A stretch of 64,000 bases of DNA. Source: an uncultured Planctomycetia bacterium. Lineage in GTDB: Bacteria; Omnitrophota; Gorgyraeia; Tantalellales; Tantalellaceae. This document shows positions 37,738-47,259 of the stretch, piece after piece. Position numbers and translations under genes: made by a program. The first letter of the stretch is position 1. Each line of letters starts with the position of its first letter. The notes under the pieces were generated by a model, which saw only the letters and a list, made by a program, of their open reading frames with translations, was not told the DNA's origin and did no database searches. The stretch lies in the NCBI GenBank assembly GCA_964409365.1, contig CAYPCX010000006.1, positions 21,012 through 85,011 of the forward strand. Reading direction: 5' to 3'.

Positions 37738-39114
37738 TCATCCAACAGCATCGTAATACCTCAGCCTGAAACTGGCCCCCATTTCCTGCGCCATGCGCCT
37801 GCATTCGGAGACGTCCTCCTCGCCTACCATATCAAGGCACGTTACTTCGACCCCGATACCGTTAGCACGGCAGTTCTTTATAAAGTCAAGGATAGCCCCG
37901 TGAGCCGTTTCTCCGAACACGGAACGGCACAACTTGTCGTATTTCTCGGGTTCCGGCTCGTTAAGGCTTACCGATACCCGGTCTATCAGTCCTTTAAGTT
38001 CGTTCGCGATCACCCGCCCGTTGATCATATCGCCCTCGCCGTTAGTGACCATCCTGAGCCTTCCACCGGCCTTTTTGACGTAAGCGGCAACTTCCTTCAC
38101 GATGCCGAGACGCAGAGTAGGCTCACCGTAACCGCAGAACACTATCTCGTTATAGCGGGAGACATCCCCGATAGCGTCTATTATCTCTTCGGCAGAAGGG
38201 TCCTTGTCGAGCCGTAAATTATGGCCCTTGACAAAACTGGAATAATAACGCACGCAGAACGTGCACCTGTTGGTGCACCTGTTCGTCACGTTGATGTAAA
38301 GAGAATCCCTTATGGCATAGGCGATCTTACCGCCGCCCTTCAGGCCGAGCCGGAAAAGCCGGTTCGCGTTAAGTGTGGTGGCCTCCGCTATATCCTCCGG
38401 CGCGCGGCCATAGGCCGAAGCATACACCTCAAGAAGGTACTTTACGTTCCCCGGTTCGTTCCTCTTGCCTCTCAGAGGTTCGGGGGATATATACGGCGCG
38501 TCCGTCTCCAGGAGCAGCCGGTCCGGCGGTATCTCTTTTATCATCCCGCGGAGCTTATCCGCTTTCTCGAAAGTTATATTGCCCGCGAACGAGACATACA
38601 TCCCGAGATCCAGGATATCTTTAGCGAGCTTTGCGTCCCCGGAAAAACAGTGGACGACGCCGCGGGGCGCGAGATCGTCGCTTTCTTTCAGTATGTTCAC
38701 AAGGTCTTCTCCGGCATTACGGTTGTGGAGTATGACCGGGAAGTCAAGATCTCTGGCTATGGCGAGGCATCTTTTGAAAAGCTTTCTCTGATTCTCGGGA
38801 TCCGAATAACCCTTGTAATAGTCCAGGCCTATTTCGCCTATGGCTACCAGTTTATCGCTTTTAAGGGCTATGTCGCGAAGCTCGGATATCTGCGGATCCC
38901 CGGCCTTGTCGGCTTCGTGGGGATGTATACCGGCCGCGGCGAATACCGGGGCGTACTTCTCCGCCAGCTTTACCGCCGCACGCGTGCTCTCGATACTCGT
39001 ACCGGGCACGATAAATCGTACCACCCCGCTAGAGGCGGACCTTTTCAGGACCTCATCCAGATCATCCTTATAATCGGGAAAATCCAGATGGCAATGAGTG
39101 TCTACTAACTCCAT
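37738..39114 (-). CDS. fusion: TatD-family metal-dependent hydrolase (N-terminus) plus TatD-associated radical SAM domain (C-terminus), 458 aa
   Basis: N-terminus DTHCHLDF (TatD). C-terminal half has CTNRCTFCVRY (CxxxCxxC radical SAM). Confidence 0.7.
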   Translation of the reverse strand: MELVDTHCHLDFPDYKDDLDEVLKRSASSGVVRFIVPGTSIESTRAAVKLAEKYAPVFAAAGIHPHEADKAGDPQISELRDIALKSDKLVAIGEIGLDYYKGYSDPENQRKLFKRCLAIARDLDFPVILHNRNAGEDLVNILKESDDLAPRGVVHCFSGDAKLAKDILDLGMYVSFAGNITFEKADKLRGMIKEIPPDRLLLETDAPYISPEPLRGKRNEPGNVKYLLEVYASAYGRAPEDIAEATTLNANRLFRLGLKGGGKIAYAIRDSLYINVTNRCTNRCTFCVRYYSSFVKGHNLRLDKDPSAEEIIDAIGDVSRYNEIVFCGYGEPTLRLGIVKEVAAYVKKAGGRLRMVTNGEGDMINGRVIANELKGLIDRVSVSLNEPEPEKYDKLCRSVFGETAHGAILDFIKNCRANGIGVEVTCLDMVGEEDVSECRRMAQEMGASFRLRYYDAVG

Positions 39115-39130
39115 GTTAACGCCTCATAGG

Positions 39131-39172
39131 TTTCAGGTTTCAGGTCTCAGGTTTCAGGTTTCAGGTTTCAGA
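39131..39172. repeat. heptamer microsatellite (caggttt/caggtct, 6 copies) between ogt and the tatD-rSAM gene
   Basis: ggtttcaggtttcaggtctcaggtttcaggtttcaggtttcag. Confidence 0.85.
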
Positions 39173-39461
39173 TCGTGAAAACTACACCTTCATCTTTAAG
39201 TATACGCCTCTTCTTTGCCACTCCTCCCGAATAGCCCCCGATGGTACCGTTGGACGCGATAACCCTGTGGCACGGCACCTCCGGCGCGAAAGGGTTCTTC
39301 GAAAGCGTCTGCCCCACGGCCCGGCTTGCCCCGGGCGAACCCGCTTTTTCGGCCACCCAGGCATACGACCGTGTTTGTCCTTGGGGTATCGCCAGAACGG
39401 CTTTGAGGACTTTTTTCTGAAAGGAGGTAAGGCCGGTGGCGTTATCGATCTTCTTTTTCAC
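39168..39461 (-). CDS. ogt: methylated-DNA-protein-cysteine methyltransferase (MGMT C-terminal domain only)
   Basis: PCHRVI active-site motif. 97 aa. Confidence 0.75.
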   Translation of the reverse strand: MKKKIDNATGLTSFQKKVLKAVLAIPQGQTRSYAWVAEKAGSPGASRAVGQTLSKNPFAPEVPCHRVIASNGTIGGYSGGVAKKRRILKDEGVVFTI

Positions 39462-41047
39462 TGTATCCTCGGGAATAACGGCTCTTCTTTGGCCACCTTC
39501 GTGCCGGCGGGGAATCTCCTCCAGTCGGATCCGTCTTTCGGCTCTTTGATCTCTTTCCTGATCTCTTCTTTCCCGAGGGCCTTATCCAGATCGCCTAACC
39601 CCAGTTGGGCCCACATCCTGCGCGCTGTCGTCGGCATGAAGGGGAAAAAAGCTATAGCGCATACCCTCAAGACCTCCAGTAGATCCGCCAGTATCAGCTT
39701 TATCGAACCCGTATCGCCTTTTTTCGAATATTCCCAGGGAGCGGAGACCTCGATATACTTGTTCGCCGCCCCGACCAGCAGCATTATATGTTCCAGCGCC
39801 TCTTTTATCTCGAGTTCCGGCCGGTCCACATACTCGCTCCTCATCTTCGGGAAAAGACCGGGTATACCCTCTTTCAGGGCGTTACTGCGCTTAACTTGCT
39901 CTCTGTCGGCTTTCTCGAGCGAGACCTCCGGAGCGGTGCCGTCGAAATATTTTTCCACCATGGTAAGGGTCCTGTTCAGGAGGTTGCCCAGATCGTTCGC
40001 CAGGTCGCTGTTATATAAAGTGACGAAGGCGTCCTCGCTGAATACACCGTCATTACCGAAAATAACGGCTTTTAGAAGAAAATACCGTATCGGGTCGACC
40101 CCGTATTTCGCCTTCAGTTCCAGGGGATCCACGATATTGCCTTTTGATTTCGACATCTTGTCCTCACCCATCTTCCACCAGCCATGGGCAAAGATCACTT
40201 CCGGCATCTCGAGGCCGGCGCTCTTGAGCATTATCGGCCAGTACACGGCATGGTGCCTCAGTATATCCTTCGCTATGACATGGAACTTAGGCGGCCACAC
40301 GTCGTCGAACTTCCTGCCGGCGGCCGTGATGCCCGAAATATAGTTGATCAGCGCGTCGAACCAGACATACAGGACATAATTCTTGTCGAACGGCAGCTCA
40401 ACCCCCCACGCCATCCTCTCTTTAGGCCGTGATATACAAAGATCGTTCAGCCCCTCTTTCAGGAATCCCAGGACCTCGTTCTTTCTGAACTTCGGCATTA
40501 TGAAACCCGGGTTGTCGTTTATATACTCCACCAGCCAGTCCTGATATTCGCTCATTTTGAAAAAATAGTTCTTTTCCTTTATGTGCTCGACCGGCCTCTT
40601 ACACTCGGGACATATGCCGTCCTCCGCCTGCGTCTCCGTCCAGAAGGTCTCGCAGGGAGTGCAGAACCAGCCGTCATATTCACCCAGATAAATGTCGCCC
40701 TTTTCATATATTCTCTGCAGGAACCGCTGCACCTGCTCTTCATGTTCCTTGTCCGTGGTGCGTATGAAATGATCATACTCCACGTCAAGCTCTTTCCAGA
40801 CCTTCTTAAAATTGGGCACTATCGTATCGACGAAATCCTTCTCTTTGCCTTTTTCGAAGCCCGCCGCCAGGCAGGCCTCTTCGATCTTCTCGCCGTGCTC
40901 GTCGGTCCCCGTGAGAAAAAACACCTCGTCACCGAGCATCTTGTGATACCGGGAAAGAGCGTCCACGGCGATCTGCGTGTACGCGTGGCCTATATGAGGA
41001 TTCGCATTGACGTAATAAATAGGGGTGGTGATATAGAACTTGCCCAT
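39458..41047 (-). CDS. metG: methionyl-tRNA synthetase (short form)
   Basis: HIGH (PHIGHAY) and KMSKS motifs and Zn knuckle. Start at MGKFYITTPIYY (41047), which has a GGAGGAGG SD. Confidence 0.9.
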   Translation of the reverse strand: MGKFYITTPIYYVNANPHIGHAYTQIAVDALSRYHKMLGDEVFFLTGTDEHGEKIEEACLAAGFEKGKEKDFVDTIVPNFKKVWKELDVEYDHFIRTTDKEHEEQVQRFLQRIYEKGDIYLGEYDGWFCTPCETFWTETQAEDGICPECKRPVEHIKEKNYFFKMSEYQDWLVEYINDNPGFIMPKFRKNEVLGFLKEGLNDLCISRPKERMAWGVELPFDKNYVLYVWFDALINYISGITAAGRKFDDVWPPKFHVIAKDILRHHAVYWPIMLKSAGLEMPEVIFAHGWWKMGEDKMSKSKGNIVDPLELKAKYGVDPIRYFLLKAVIFGNDGVFSEDAFVTLYNSDLANDLGNLLNRTLTMVEKYFDGTAPEVSLEKADREQVKRSNALKEGIPGLFPKMRSEYVDRPELEIKEALEHIMLLVGAANKYIEVSAPWEYSKKGDTGSIKLILADLLEVLRVCAIAFFPFMPTTARRMWAQLGLGDLDKALGKEEIRKEIKEPKDGSDWRRFPAGTKVAKEEPLFPRIQ

Positions 41048-41051
41048 CGCC

Positions 41052-41861
41052 TTACTTCTTCTCCTCCTCCTTGAGCTCATCCATCCTGATGTCCTTGATC
41101 TTGCCGTCTCCCAGGTCGATAGTGGCCGTTCTTTTCAGAGGGTTGACCGCCATCACCCTGCCTTTGCCCCAGGAGGTCTTGATCTCCTTGCCTATCCTGG
41201 GCATCCCTTTCGAACACTCCTTGTAGCATTCGAACTCGTAGCTCAAACAGCACATGAGCCGCCCGCAGAGCCCCGATATCTTGGAAGGGTTAAGCGGCAG
41301 GTTCTGCACCTTGGCCATTTTTATCGTGACGGGGTCGAAATCCTTGAGGAACGACATACAGCAGAGCTCCCTGCCGCACGGTCCGTGACCCCCCAGCATC
41401 CTGGCTTCGTCCCTTACGCCGATCTGCCTGAGCTCTATACGCACCCTGAATATGCTCGCCAGGTCGCGGACCAGGTTCCGGAAGTCCACCCGGCTATCCG
41501 AGGTGAAATAGAATATTATCTTTGACCTGTCAAAGGAATATTCCGCGTCCACCAGTTTCATCGGCAGTTTATGTTCGCGGATCTTTTTCTCGCAAAGGTT
41601 CATCAGGTCTTTCGTCTTGGCCTTGTTCTTGGCTATCTGCTTCTCGTCCCAGGGGTTGGCTTTCCTGATGATCTTCCTCAGCGGCTTCTCGATCGAACTT
41701 ATATCGATGACCTTTTCTTCCATGGAGACGATCTCGCCGTATTCAAGCCCCCTGTCGGCCTCGACGATGACCTTCTCGCCCGCTTCGAACTTCATCCCGT
41801 TGGTCAGAAAATACTTTATCTCTCCGGCAGCCCTTAGCTGCACCTGTATGATCTCGTACAT
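41052..41861 (-). CDS. ricT: PSP1 C-terminal domain protein (RicT/YaaT-like)
   Basis: PSP1 family, 269 aa. Position between holB and metG matches Bacillus synteny. Confidence 0.7.
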   Translation of the reverse strand: MYEIIQVQLRAAGEIKYFLTNGMKFEAGEKVIVEADRGLEYGEIVSMEEKVIDISSIEKPLRKIIRKANPWDEKQIAKNKAKTKDLMNLCEKKIREHKLPMKLVDAEYSFDRSKIIFYFTSDSRVDFRNLVRDLASIFRVRIELRQIGVRDEARMLGGHGPCGRELCCMSFLKDFDPVTIKMAKVQNLPLNPSKISGLCGRLMCCLSYEFECYKECSKGMPRIGKEIKTSWGKGRVMAVNPLKRTATIDLGDGKIKDIRMDELKEEEKK

Positions 41862-42012
41862 GTTAACTCCCCATCTATCTGTATCAGAAGTCAGATGTCA
41901 GAAGACAGAAATCAGATATTAGGTGTTTGCTGTTGGAGGACACTATAATCTTTTTTCTGTCCTCTGTTCTCTGTCTTCTGTTTTCTGTCCTCTGTTCTCT
42001 GAGACTTTTCGT
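41862..42012. repeat. heptamer array sharing a 5' module with the 27992-28188 array
   Basis: cagaagtcagatgtcagaagacagaaatcagatattaggtgtttgctgtt ... tctgtcctctgttctctgtcttctgttttctgtcctctgttctctgagac. Confidence 0.8.
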
Positions 42013-42984
42013 TCACTTGAGCGCACTCGGCAGTACCTGCGCCACGAGTTTCGGGTTCACGTTACCCGCCAGAGCCCGTCTGAGCCTTGTCAACTTTCCG
42101 ACTATATCGTAGATCTTTTCCAGGGAATATCCCCTGTAATACCCGTACATATCCGTGCTTCCCAGGCCCCTGTCCAGGGCCATCTCCTCAAGCCCTTCCT
42201 TTCCCAGGGCTATGTCACGGAAGAACATGGTCAAAAGTTCCAGGTCTTCCAGAAGAGAATTCCTGTCGTCCGTGTTCCAGTTCATGCAGGAAGCGTTGTC
42301 CTCTTTCGCTATTTTTCCCATGATACCCGCCAGTTCCCTTTTCTCGTCCAGGAGGCCCTCTTCTATCATCTCAAGCGCTTTCCCCGGAGATCCCTGGGAA
42401 AAACACGCGAGGAATTCAGCCGTATCCCTGTCGGTCCCCGATTCCCGCATGATCATATTCCGCGCTTCGTCCGTCCGGAGCGACCGGAACCTCACTTCCG
42501 AACAACGCGAAAGGACCGTCGGAAGAAGCATCTCCTTTTTGCTCGAGATAAGTATGAGCATGGACTGCGCCGGGGGTTCTTCCAGTATCTTCAAAAGCGC
42601 GTTCGAAGCTTCCACCGTCATCATATGGGCGTCCTCTATCACGCAGACGTTGACCGGAGCCTCGTACGGCTTGAGGCTCAGCGCTTCCCTGGCGCGGCGC
42701 ACTTCCTCTATCTTGATCTTCCTGTTCTTCTCCGGCTTTATCCAGTTGAGGTCGGGGTGGTCCAGGGCCCTGATCCTCCTGCATGACGGGCAGACGCCGC
42801 ACGCTTCGGCCGAGGTCTTATCAGAGCAGATAAGCTCCATCAGGAAGGCCTTTGCCGTAAGCGCGCGTCCCACGCCCTCGGGCCCGAAGAACAGGTAGCT
42901 TGAAGCCACCCGCCCGGCGGACAGGCTGCCGCGCAGATATCTTACGGCGTTATCCTGCCCTTTTATGTCTCTCAACAGCACCAT
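42013..42984 (-). CDS. holB: DNA polymerase III delta' subunit
   Basis: AAA+ clamp-loader fold (FFGPEGVGR Walker A-like, SRC motif). Confidence 0.8.
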   Translation of the reverse strand: MVLLRDIKGQDNAVRYLRGSLSAGRVASSYLFFGPEGVGRALTAKAFLMELICSDKTSAEACGVCPSCRRIRALDHPDLNWIKPEKNRKIKIEEVRRAREALSLKPYEAPVNVCVIEDAHMMTVEASNALLKILEEPPAQSMLILISSKKEMLLPTVLSRCSEVRFRSLRTDEARNMIMRESGTDRDTAEFLACFSQGSPGKALEMIEEGLLDEKRELAGIMGKIAKEDNASCMNWNTDDRNSLLEDLELLTMFFRDIALGKEGLEEMALDRGLGSTDMYGYYRGYSLEKIYDIVGKLTRLRRALAGNVNPKLVAQVLPSALK

Positions 42985-43603
42985 AAACCTCTTCCTTCAC
43001 CGAACGATACGTGCGGTCCTTGTCCTCGTGCACGTCTATTATCCTGAACCTGTCGGGGGACGCTTCAGCCATAGCAAGGTACCCCTCGCGGACCTTCTCA
43101 TGGAACCCGACGCTCCTTTTCTCCATCCTGTCGGCAGGCCCGACCTTACCGGCGCGCTCCAGGCCTGTCACGACGTCGACATCGAGCAGTATCGTAAGAT
43201 CGGGGGCAAGCCCTCCTGTCGAAAAACCGTCGACCTTCTTCACGAAATCCATGTCCATGCCGAGACCATATCCCTGATAAGCGAACGTCGCGGTATTATA
43301 ACGGTCGCATATCACTATCTTACCGGCTTCGATGGCGGGGCGGATGACCTCTTCGACATGCTGTGCCCTATCCGCTTCGAAAAGAAAAAGTTCCGAGCCG
43401 TTTCCCATCGCCAGGCCGTCCTTCATGAGAAGTATTTCCCGTATCTTCCCGCCCAGCGGCGTGCCCCCCGGTTCGGCCGTGTATACGGCCTCATAACCGT
43501 CGGAGGAAAGCTCCTCGTACACGCGCTTCGCCTGCGTACTTTTGCCGCAGCCTTCAGGGCCCTCGAACGCTATGAAAAGGCCTTTCGTCAGCTTCTTCTC
43601 CAT
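42950..43603 (-). CDS. tmk: thymidylate kinase
   Basis: FIAFEGPEGCGKST P-loop. 217 aa. Confidence 0.9.
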   Translation of the reverse strand: MEKKLTKGLFIAFEGPEGCGKSTQAKRVYEELSSDGYEAVYTAEPGGTPLGGKIREILLMKDGLAMGNGSELFLFEADRAQHVEEVIRPAIEAGKIVICDRYNTATFAYQGYGLGMDMDFVKKVDGFSTGGLAPDLTILLDVDVVTGLERAGKVGPADRMEKRSVGFHEKVREGYLAMAEASPDRFRIIDVHEDKDRTYRSVKEEVYGAVERHKRAG

Positions 43604-45060
43604 ACCGGTCCCTCCGGGGTATCTTCGACGACCACTCCCATATCCGCGAGCCGTCCGCGTATCCTGTCGGCCCCGTCGTAATCTTTTTCCTTTCTGGCCG
43701 TCTCCCTCTCCGCTACCAGGCGCTCTATCTGATCCGTGTCCTCTTCTTCAACCTGAACCGGCCTAAGGGACAGGCCGAGTATATCCGCGAAGCGCAGGAT
43801 ATAATTCTTCACCGCGCCGGCAAGATACGCTTTGCCCCCGGCGTCCAATCCTTCATCAGCGAGGGAATCGTTACCGGTCCTCACCGCCTCGAAGAGAACC
43901 GAGAGGGCCATAGGCGTATTAAAATCGTCGTTCATCGCTTCGTCGAACTTTTCCTGCAGGCCGTTGACCGTCTCCTGGGCTTTTTGCAAGATATCCGCGT
44001 CCCGCGGGGCTTTTTTTCCGGCCGTCTCTTTCATCAGCCGGTCGACCTTGCCGAAGAAGATCATCACCCTTTCCTTGGAACGCTTCGCCTCTTCTATTTT
44101 CGCGTCGGTATAATCCATCGGGCTGCGGTAATGGCTGTTCAGGAACGCCAGTTTCAAGAGGTCCGGGTCTTTGTGCCTTTCAAGAAAATCGGAAATCGTG
44201 ATGTAGTTACCGAGAGATTTTGACATCTTTTCGCCGCCGACGCTCAAAAGGCCGTTATGTATCCAGTAATTCGCGAAATCCCGGCCGGTAGCGGCTTCCG
44301 CCTGGGCTATCTCGTTCTCGTGATGCGGGAAAATAAGGTCGAGCCCGCCCCCGTGAATATCGAACTGCGCGCCCAGGAGGTTCGTGCTCATCACCGAACA
44401 CTCTATATGCCACCCGGGCCTCCCGTCTCCCCAGGGACTCTCCCAGGAAGGCTCGTAAGGCTTGGCTTCCTTCCATAACGCGAAATCCAGCGGATGCCGT
44501 TTTTTCTCGTCCACGTCTATACGCACGCCGTGCATCATCTCGTCCTTGTCCTGTTTTGACAGTTTGCCGTAATCGGGAAAACTTTCCACGCTGAAGTAGA
44601 CGTCCCCTCCGGCGACATAGGCGAAACCTTTGTCGATCAAGGTCTTTATGAACATTATCATCTGGTCTATGGCCTCGGTGGCCTTCGGCTCGACGACAGG
44701 CGGTTTTATCCCCAGGACATCCATCTGCTGGTGATATATGTCAAGATAGCGGACGGCGACCTCGCTGACCCTCTCCTTAAGCCTGCCGGATGACGCGTTC
44801 TCCCCTATTTCCGTGAGCTCCTCGGTGGCCTTCTTTATTATTTTGTCGTCCACGTCGGTCACGTTCCTCACGAACAGCACCTCGAACCCGGCGTACTCTA
44901 AATATCTCCTGATGATATCGAAGACATAAGCGCTCCTGGCATGCCCGATGTGAGGCACGTCATAAACGGTGGGCCCGCAGACATACATCCTTACATTATC
45001 CCGTTCTATAGGCCGGAACTCTTCCTTTTTCCTCGTAAGTGTATTGTATATCGTTATCAT
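43588..45060 (-). CDS. cysS: cysteinyl-tRNA synthetase
   Basis: HIGH (PHIGHARS) and KMSKS motifs. Start taken at MITIYNTLTRKKEEF (45060). Confidence 0.85.
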   Translation of the reverse strand: MITIYNTLTRKKEEFRPIERDNVRMYVCGPTVYDVPHIGHARSAYVFDIIRRYLEYAGFEVLFVRNVTDVDDKIIKKATEELTEIGENASSGRLKERVSEVAVRYLDIYHQQMDVLGIKPPVVEPKATEAIDQMIMFIKTLIDKGFAYVAGGDVYFSVESFPDYGKLSKQDKDEMMHGVRIDVDEKKRHPLDFALWKEAKPYEPSWESPWGDGRPGWHIECSVMSTNLLGAQFDIHGGGLDLIFPHHENEIAQAEAATGRDFANYWIHNGLLSVGGEKMSKSLGNYITISDFLERHKDPDLLKLAFLNSHYRSPMDYTDAKIEEAKRSKERVMIFFGKVDRLMKETAGKKAPRDADILQKAQETVNGLQEKFDEAMNDDFNTPMALSVLFEAVRTGNDSLADEGLDAGGKAYLAGAVKNYILRFADILGLSLRPVQVEEEDTDQIERLVAERETARKEKDYDGADRIRGRLADMGVVVEDTPEGPVWRRS

Positions 45061-45112
45061 ATCCACTATCCAGAATCGAACTTCAAGTTTGTAACCAGTA
45101 ACCAGTGAAAAA

Positions 45113-45190
45113 AGCATAGCTCAAAGGGCATAGCGCACAGCGTAAAACTGTAACACTTTGCTCTTTGCGCTTAACTCTTTGCAATCAAAG
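45113..45190. repeat. 78-bp repeat, left copy of an inverted pair bracketing cysE-ispF-ispD
   Basis: Its reverse complement matches 47134-47212 at about 72/78 positions. Built from gcatagc and ctttgcN heptamers. Confidence 0.85.
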
Positions 45191-45208
45191 ACCCAACACT
45201 CACCGGCG

Positions 45209-45940
45209 TTAATCTTTCTTTTCCCTTTCTTCCTTGGCCTTCTCGTGGTGGTCCTGGATCTCCGATTCGATATGGTCTATCTCATGCTGCAGTCTTTCCA
45301 GGGCCTGTTGAAGCGGGTCGGGGAGGGACGAATGGTCCAGGTTAACGCCGCCGGGCAGGCGCTTGCCCCGTCTTTTGGCTACCCTGCCGGGAACGCCGAC
45401 CACCGTGGAGTCGTCCGGGACGTCGCGCAATACCACCGCGTTGGCGCCGACCATGACGTTATTCCCGATGTTTATGTTGCCGAGTATCTTCGCGCCGGCT
45501 CCCACCACGACGTTGTTCCCGAGAGTGGGATGGCGTTTACCTCTCTCCTTGCCCGTCCCACCGAGCGTAACGCCCTGGAAAAGCGTCACGTTGTCGCCGA
45601 TCACGGCCGTTTCACCTATCACCACGCCCATACCGTGGTCTATAAAAAGGCCGTGCCCTATCTGCGCGCCGGGGTGTATCTCTATACCTGTCACCCACTT
45701 GACCAGTTGTGACAGGTAACGCGACAGGAACGGCATCTTCATCTTGCTGAGCCTGTGCGTTATCCTGTAGGCCGTGATGGCATGAAAACCCGAATAAGTG
45801 AAGACCACTTCCACATAACTTGTAGCGGCGGGGTCCCTATCCATGGCCGCTTTTATCTCGTCCTCGAAAAAAAGGCGCATCGTCATGTAATATATCACTA
45901 AAAACACCGCGATCCATATCAATACGGTCAAAAAGATCAT
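45209..45940 (-). CDS. cysE: serine O-acetyltransferase
   Basis: Hexapeptide-repeat left-handed beta-helix and SAT N-terminal domain. ATGA overlap with the ispF stop. Confidence 0.8.
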   Translation of the reverse strand: MIFLTVLIWIAVFLVIYYMTMRLFFEDEIKAAMDRDPAATSYVEVVFTYSGFHAITAYRITHRLSKMKMPFLSRYLSQLVKWVTGIEIHPGAQIGHGLFIDHGMGVVIGETAVIGDNVTLFQGVTLGGTGKERGKRHPTLGNNVVVGAGAKILGNINIGNNVMVGANAVVLRDVPDDSTVVGVPGRVAKRRGKRLPGGVNLDHSSLPDPLQQALERLQHEIDHIESEIQDHHEKAKEEREKKD

Positions 45941-46419
45941 CGCGTATCCTCCTCTTCCAGCAACACCACCACATACGCGGCTACGGCTTCACCTTTGCCC
46001 ACTGCGCCGAGCTTTTCGGCTGTCTTGGCTTTTATGCTGATGTTGCCTCCGGATGTTCCCAACATGTCCGCTATCACGCCGGCCATTTCCTCGCGATACG
46101 GACCGATCTTCGGCTCTTCGGCTATGATCACGCAGTCAAGGTTATGGACCGACAGGCCTTTATCGTCCATGAGCCCCTTGACGTCCTTCAAAAGTTCTTT
46201 ACTGGATATGTCCTTGTACTTCGGGTCGGTGTCGGGGAATCTCATGCCGATATCCCCCTTGCTCAGCGCCCCGAGAATGGCGTCGCATATCGCGTGAAGA
46301 AGGGCATCGCCGTCGGAATGGCCTTCGGGCCCCTTGGGAAAAGGGATGTTCACCCCTCCCAGGACCATCGGCCGCCCCTCGGCAAGCCTGTGTATGTCAA
46401 ACCCTATCCCTATTCTCAT
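45937..46419 (-). CDS. ispF: 2-C-methyl-D-erythritol 2,4-cyclodiphosphate synthase
   Basis: MRIGIGFDIHRL N-terminus. 160 aa. Confidence 0.9.
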   Translation of the reverse strand: MRIGIGFDIHRLAEGRPMVLGGVNIPFPKGPEGHSDGDALLHAICDAILGALSKGDIGMRFPDTDPKYKDISSKELLKDVKGLMDDKGLSVHNLDCVIIAEEPKIGPYREEMAGVIADMLGTSGGNISIKAKTAEKLGAVGKGEAVAAYVVVLLEEEDTR

Positions 46420-47092
46420 TCAATATCGCCTCGGCGACGGTAAGATCCGCGGGTACCGTCACTTTTATGTTCGTCACATCACCCATGACCATGCGTACCT
46501 TATGCCCCATGCGCTCTACAAGACACGAATCATCCGTGAGGGCCTTCCCCCTGGAAGCGCCATACGCCTTCTTTATGATACCGTACCTGAAAGCCTGCGG
46601 CGTCTGGGCTTCCCAGAGCTTCTTCCGGTCGGGCGTGCCTTCTATAACGTTGCCTTTTCCCACGCTTTTTATCGTGGCGGTGCACGGCACGCCGACCACC
46701 GCGGCGCCGTGGGCCGCGGCCGAATCGACCGCCGCCCGTATGACGGGTTCCGTGATAAAAGGCCGTACCCCGTCATGTATGACGACTATGTCATCGTTTT
46801 CGGCCTCTATCGCTTCTATGCCGTTGTTTACCGATCCCGTCCTGGAATCCGCGCCGGGAAAAATACCCGCGATCTTGCCGAACCCGTGCAGGGCTACCAG
46901 TTCCGCGGCCTTGTCGATATATTTCTCTTTTACTACAAGGACCACTTCGTCCACGGCGGCCGACCCGACAAAACGCTCCAGGACGTAAGCCAGTATGGGC
47001 TTCCCTCCCAGTTCAAGGAAGGGTTTGGCGTCCTGGCCGCTTTCCATCCTCTTGCCGGAACCGGCAGCGGCTATCAAAGCTATCGTCTTCAT
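46397..47092 (-). CDS. ispD: 2-C-methyl-D-erythritol 4-phosphate cytidylyltransferase
   Basis: IALIAAAGSGKRM N-terminus. 231 aa. Confidence 0.9.
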   Translation of the reverse strand: MKTIALIAAAGSGKRMESGQDAKPFLELGGKPILAYVLERFVGSAAVDEVVLVVKEKYIDKAAELVALHGFGKIAGIFPGADSRTGSVNNGIEAIEAENDDIVVIHDGVRPFITEPVIRAAVDSAAAHGAAVVGVPCTATIKSVGKGNVIEGTPDRKKLWEAQTPQAFRYGIIKKAYGASRGKALTDDSCLVERMGHKVRMVMGDVTNIKVTVPADLTVAEAILNENRDRV

Positions 47093-47133
47093 CTCTATAT
47101 TCTTGATACTCGATACTTGCTACAATGTTGAAT

Positions 47134-47212
47134 CTTTGATTGCAAAGAGCTAAGCGCATAGAGCAAAGAATTACAGTTTTACGCTGTACGCTATGCCCTT
47201 TGCGCTATGCGT
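47134..47212. repeat. 78-bp repeat, right copy (inverted relative to 45113-45190)
   Basis: ctttgattgcaaagagctaagcgcatagagcaaagaattacagttttacgctgtacgctatgccctttgcgctatgcg. Confidence 0.85.
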
Positions 47213-47259
47213 TTTCACTGGTACTTGTTACTTTTTCCTTGTTCCTTGTTACTTGTTAC

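Noticed and set aside
45113-47212. The 78-bp inverted repeats as IS element termini
   Set aside because: No transposase ORF lies between them (only cysE, ispF and ispD) and there is no target-site duplication. They are kept as a finding of unknown mechanism, not called a mobile element.
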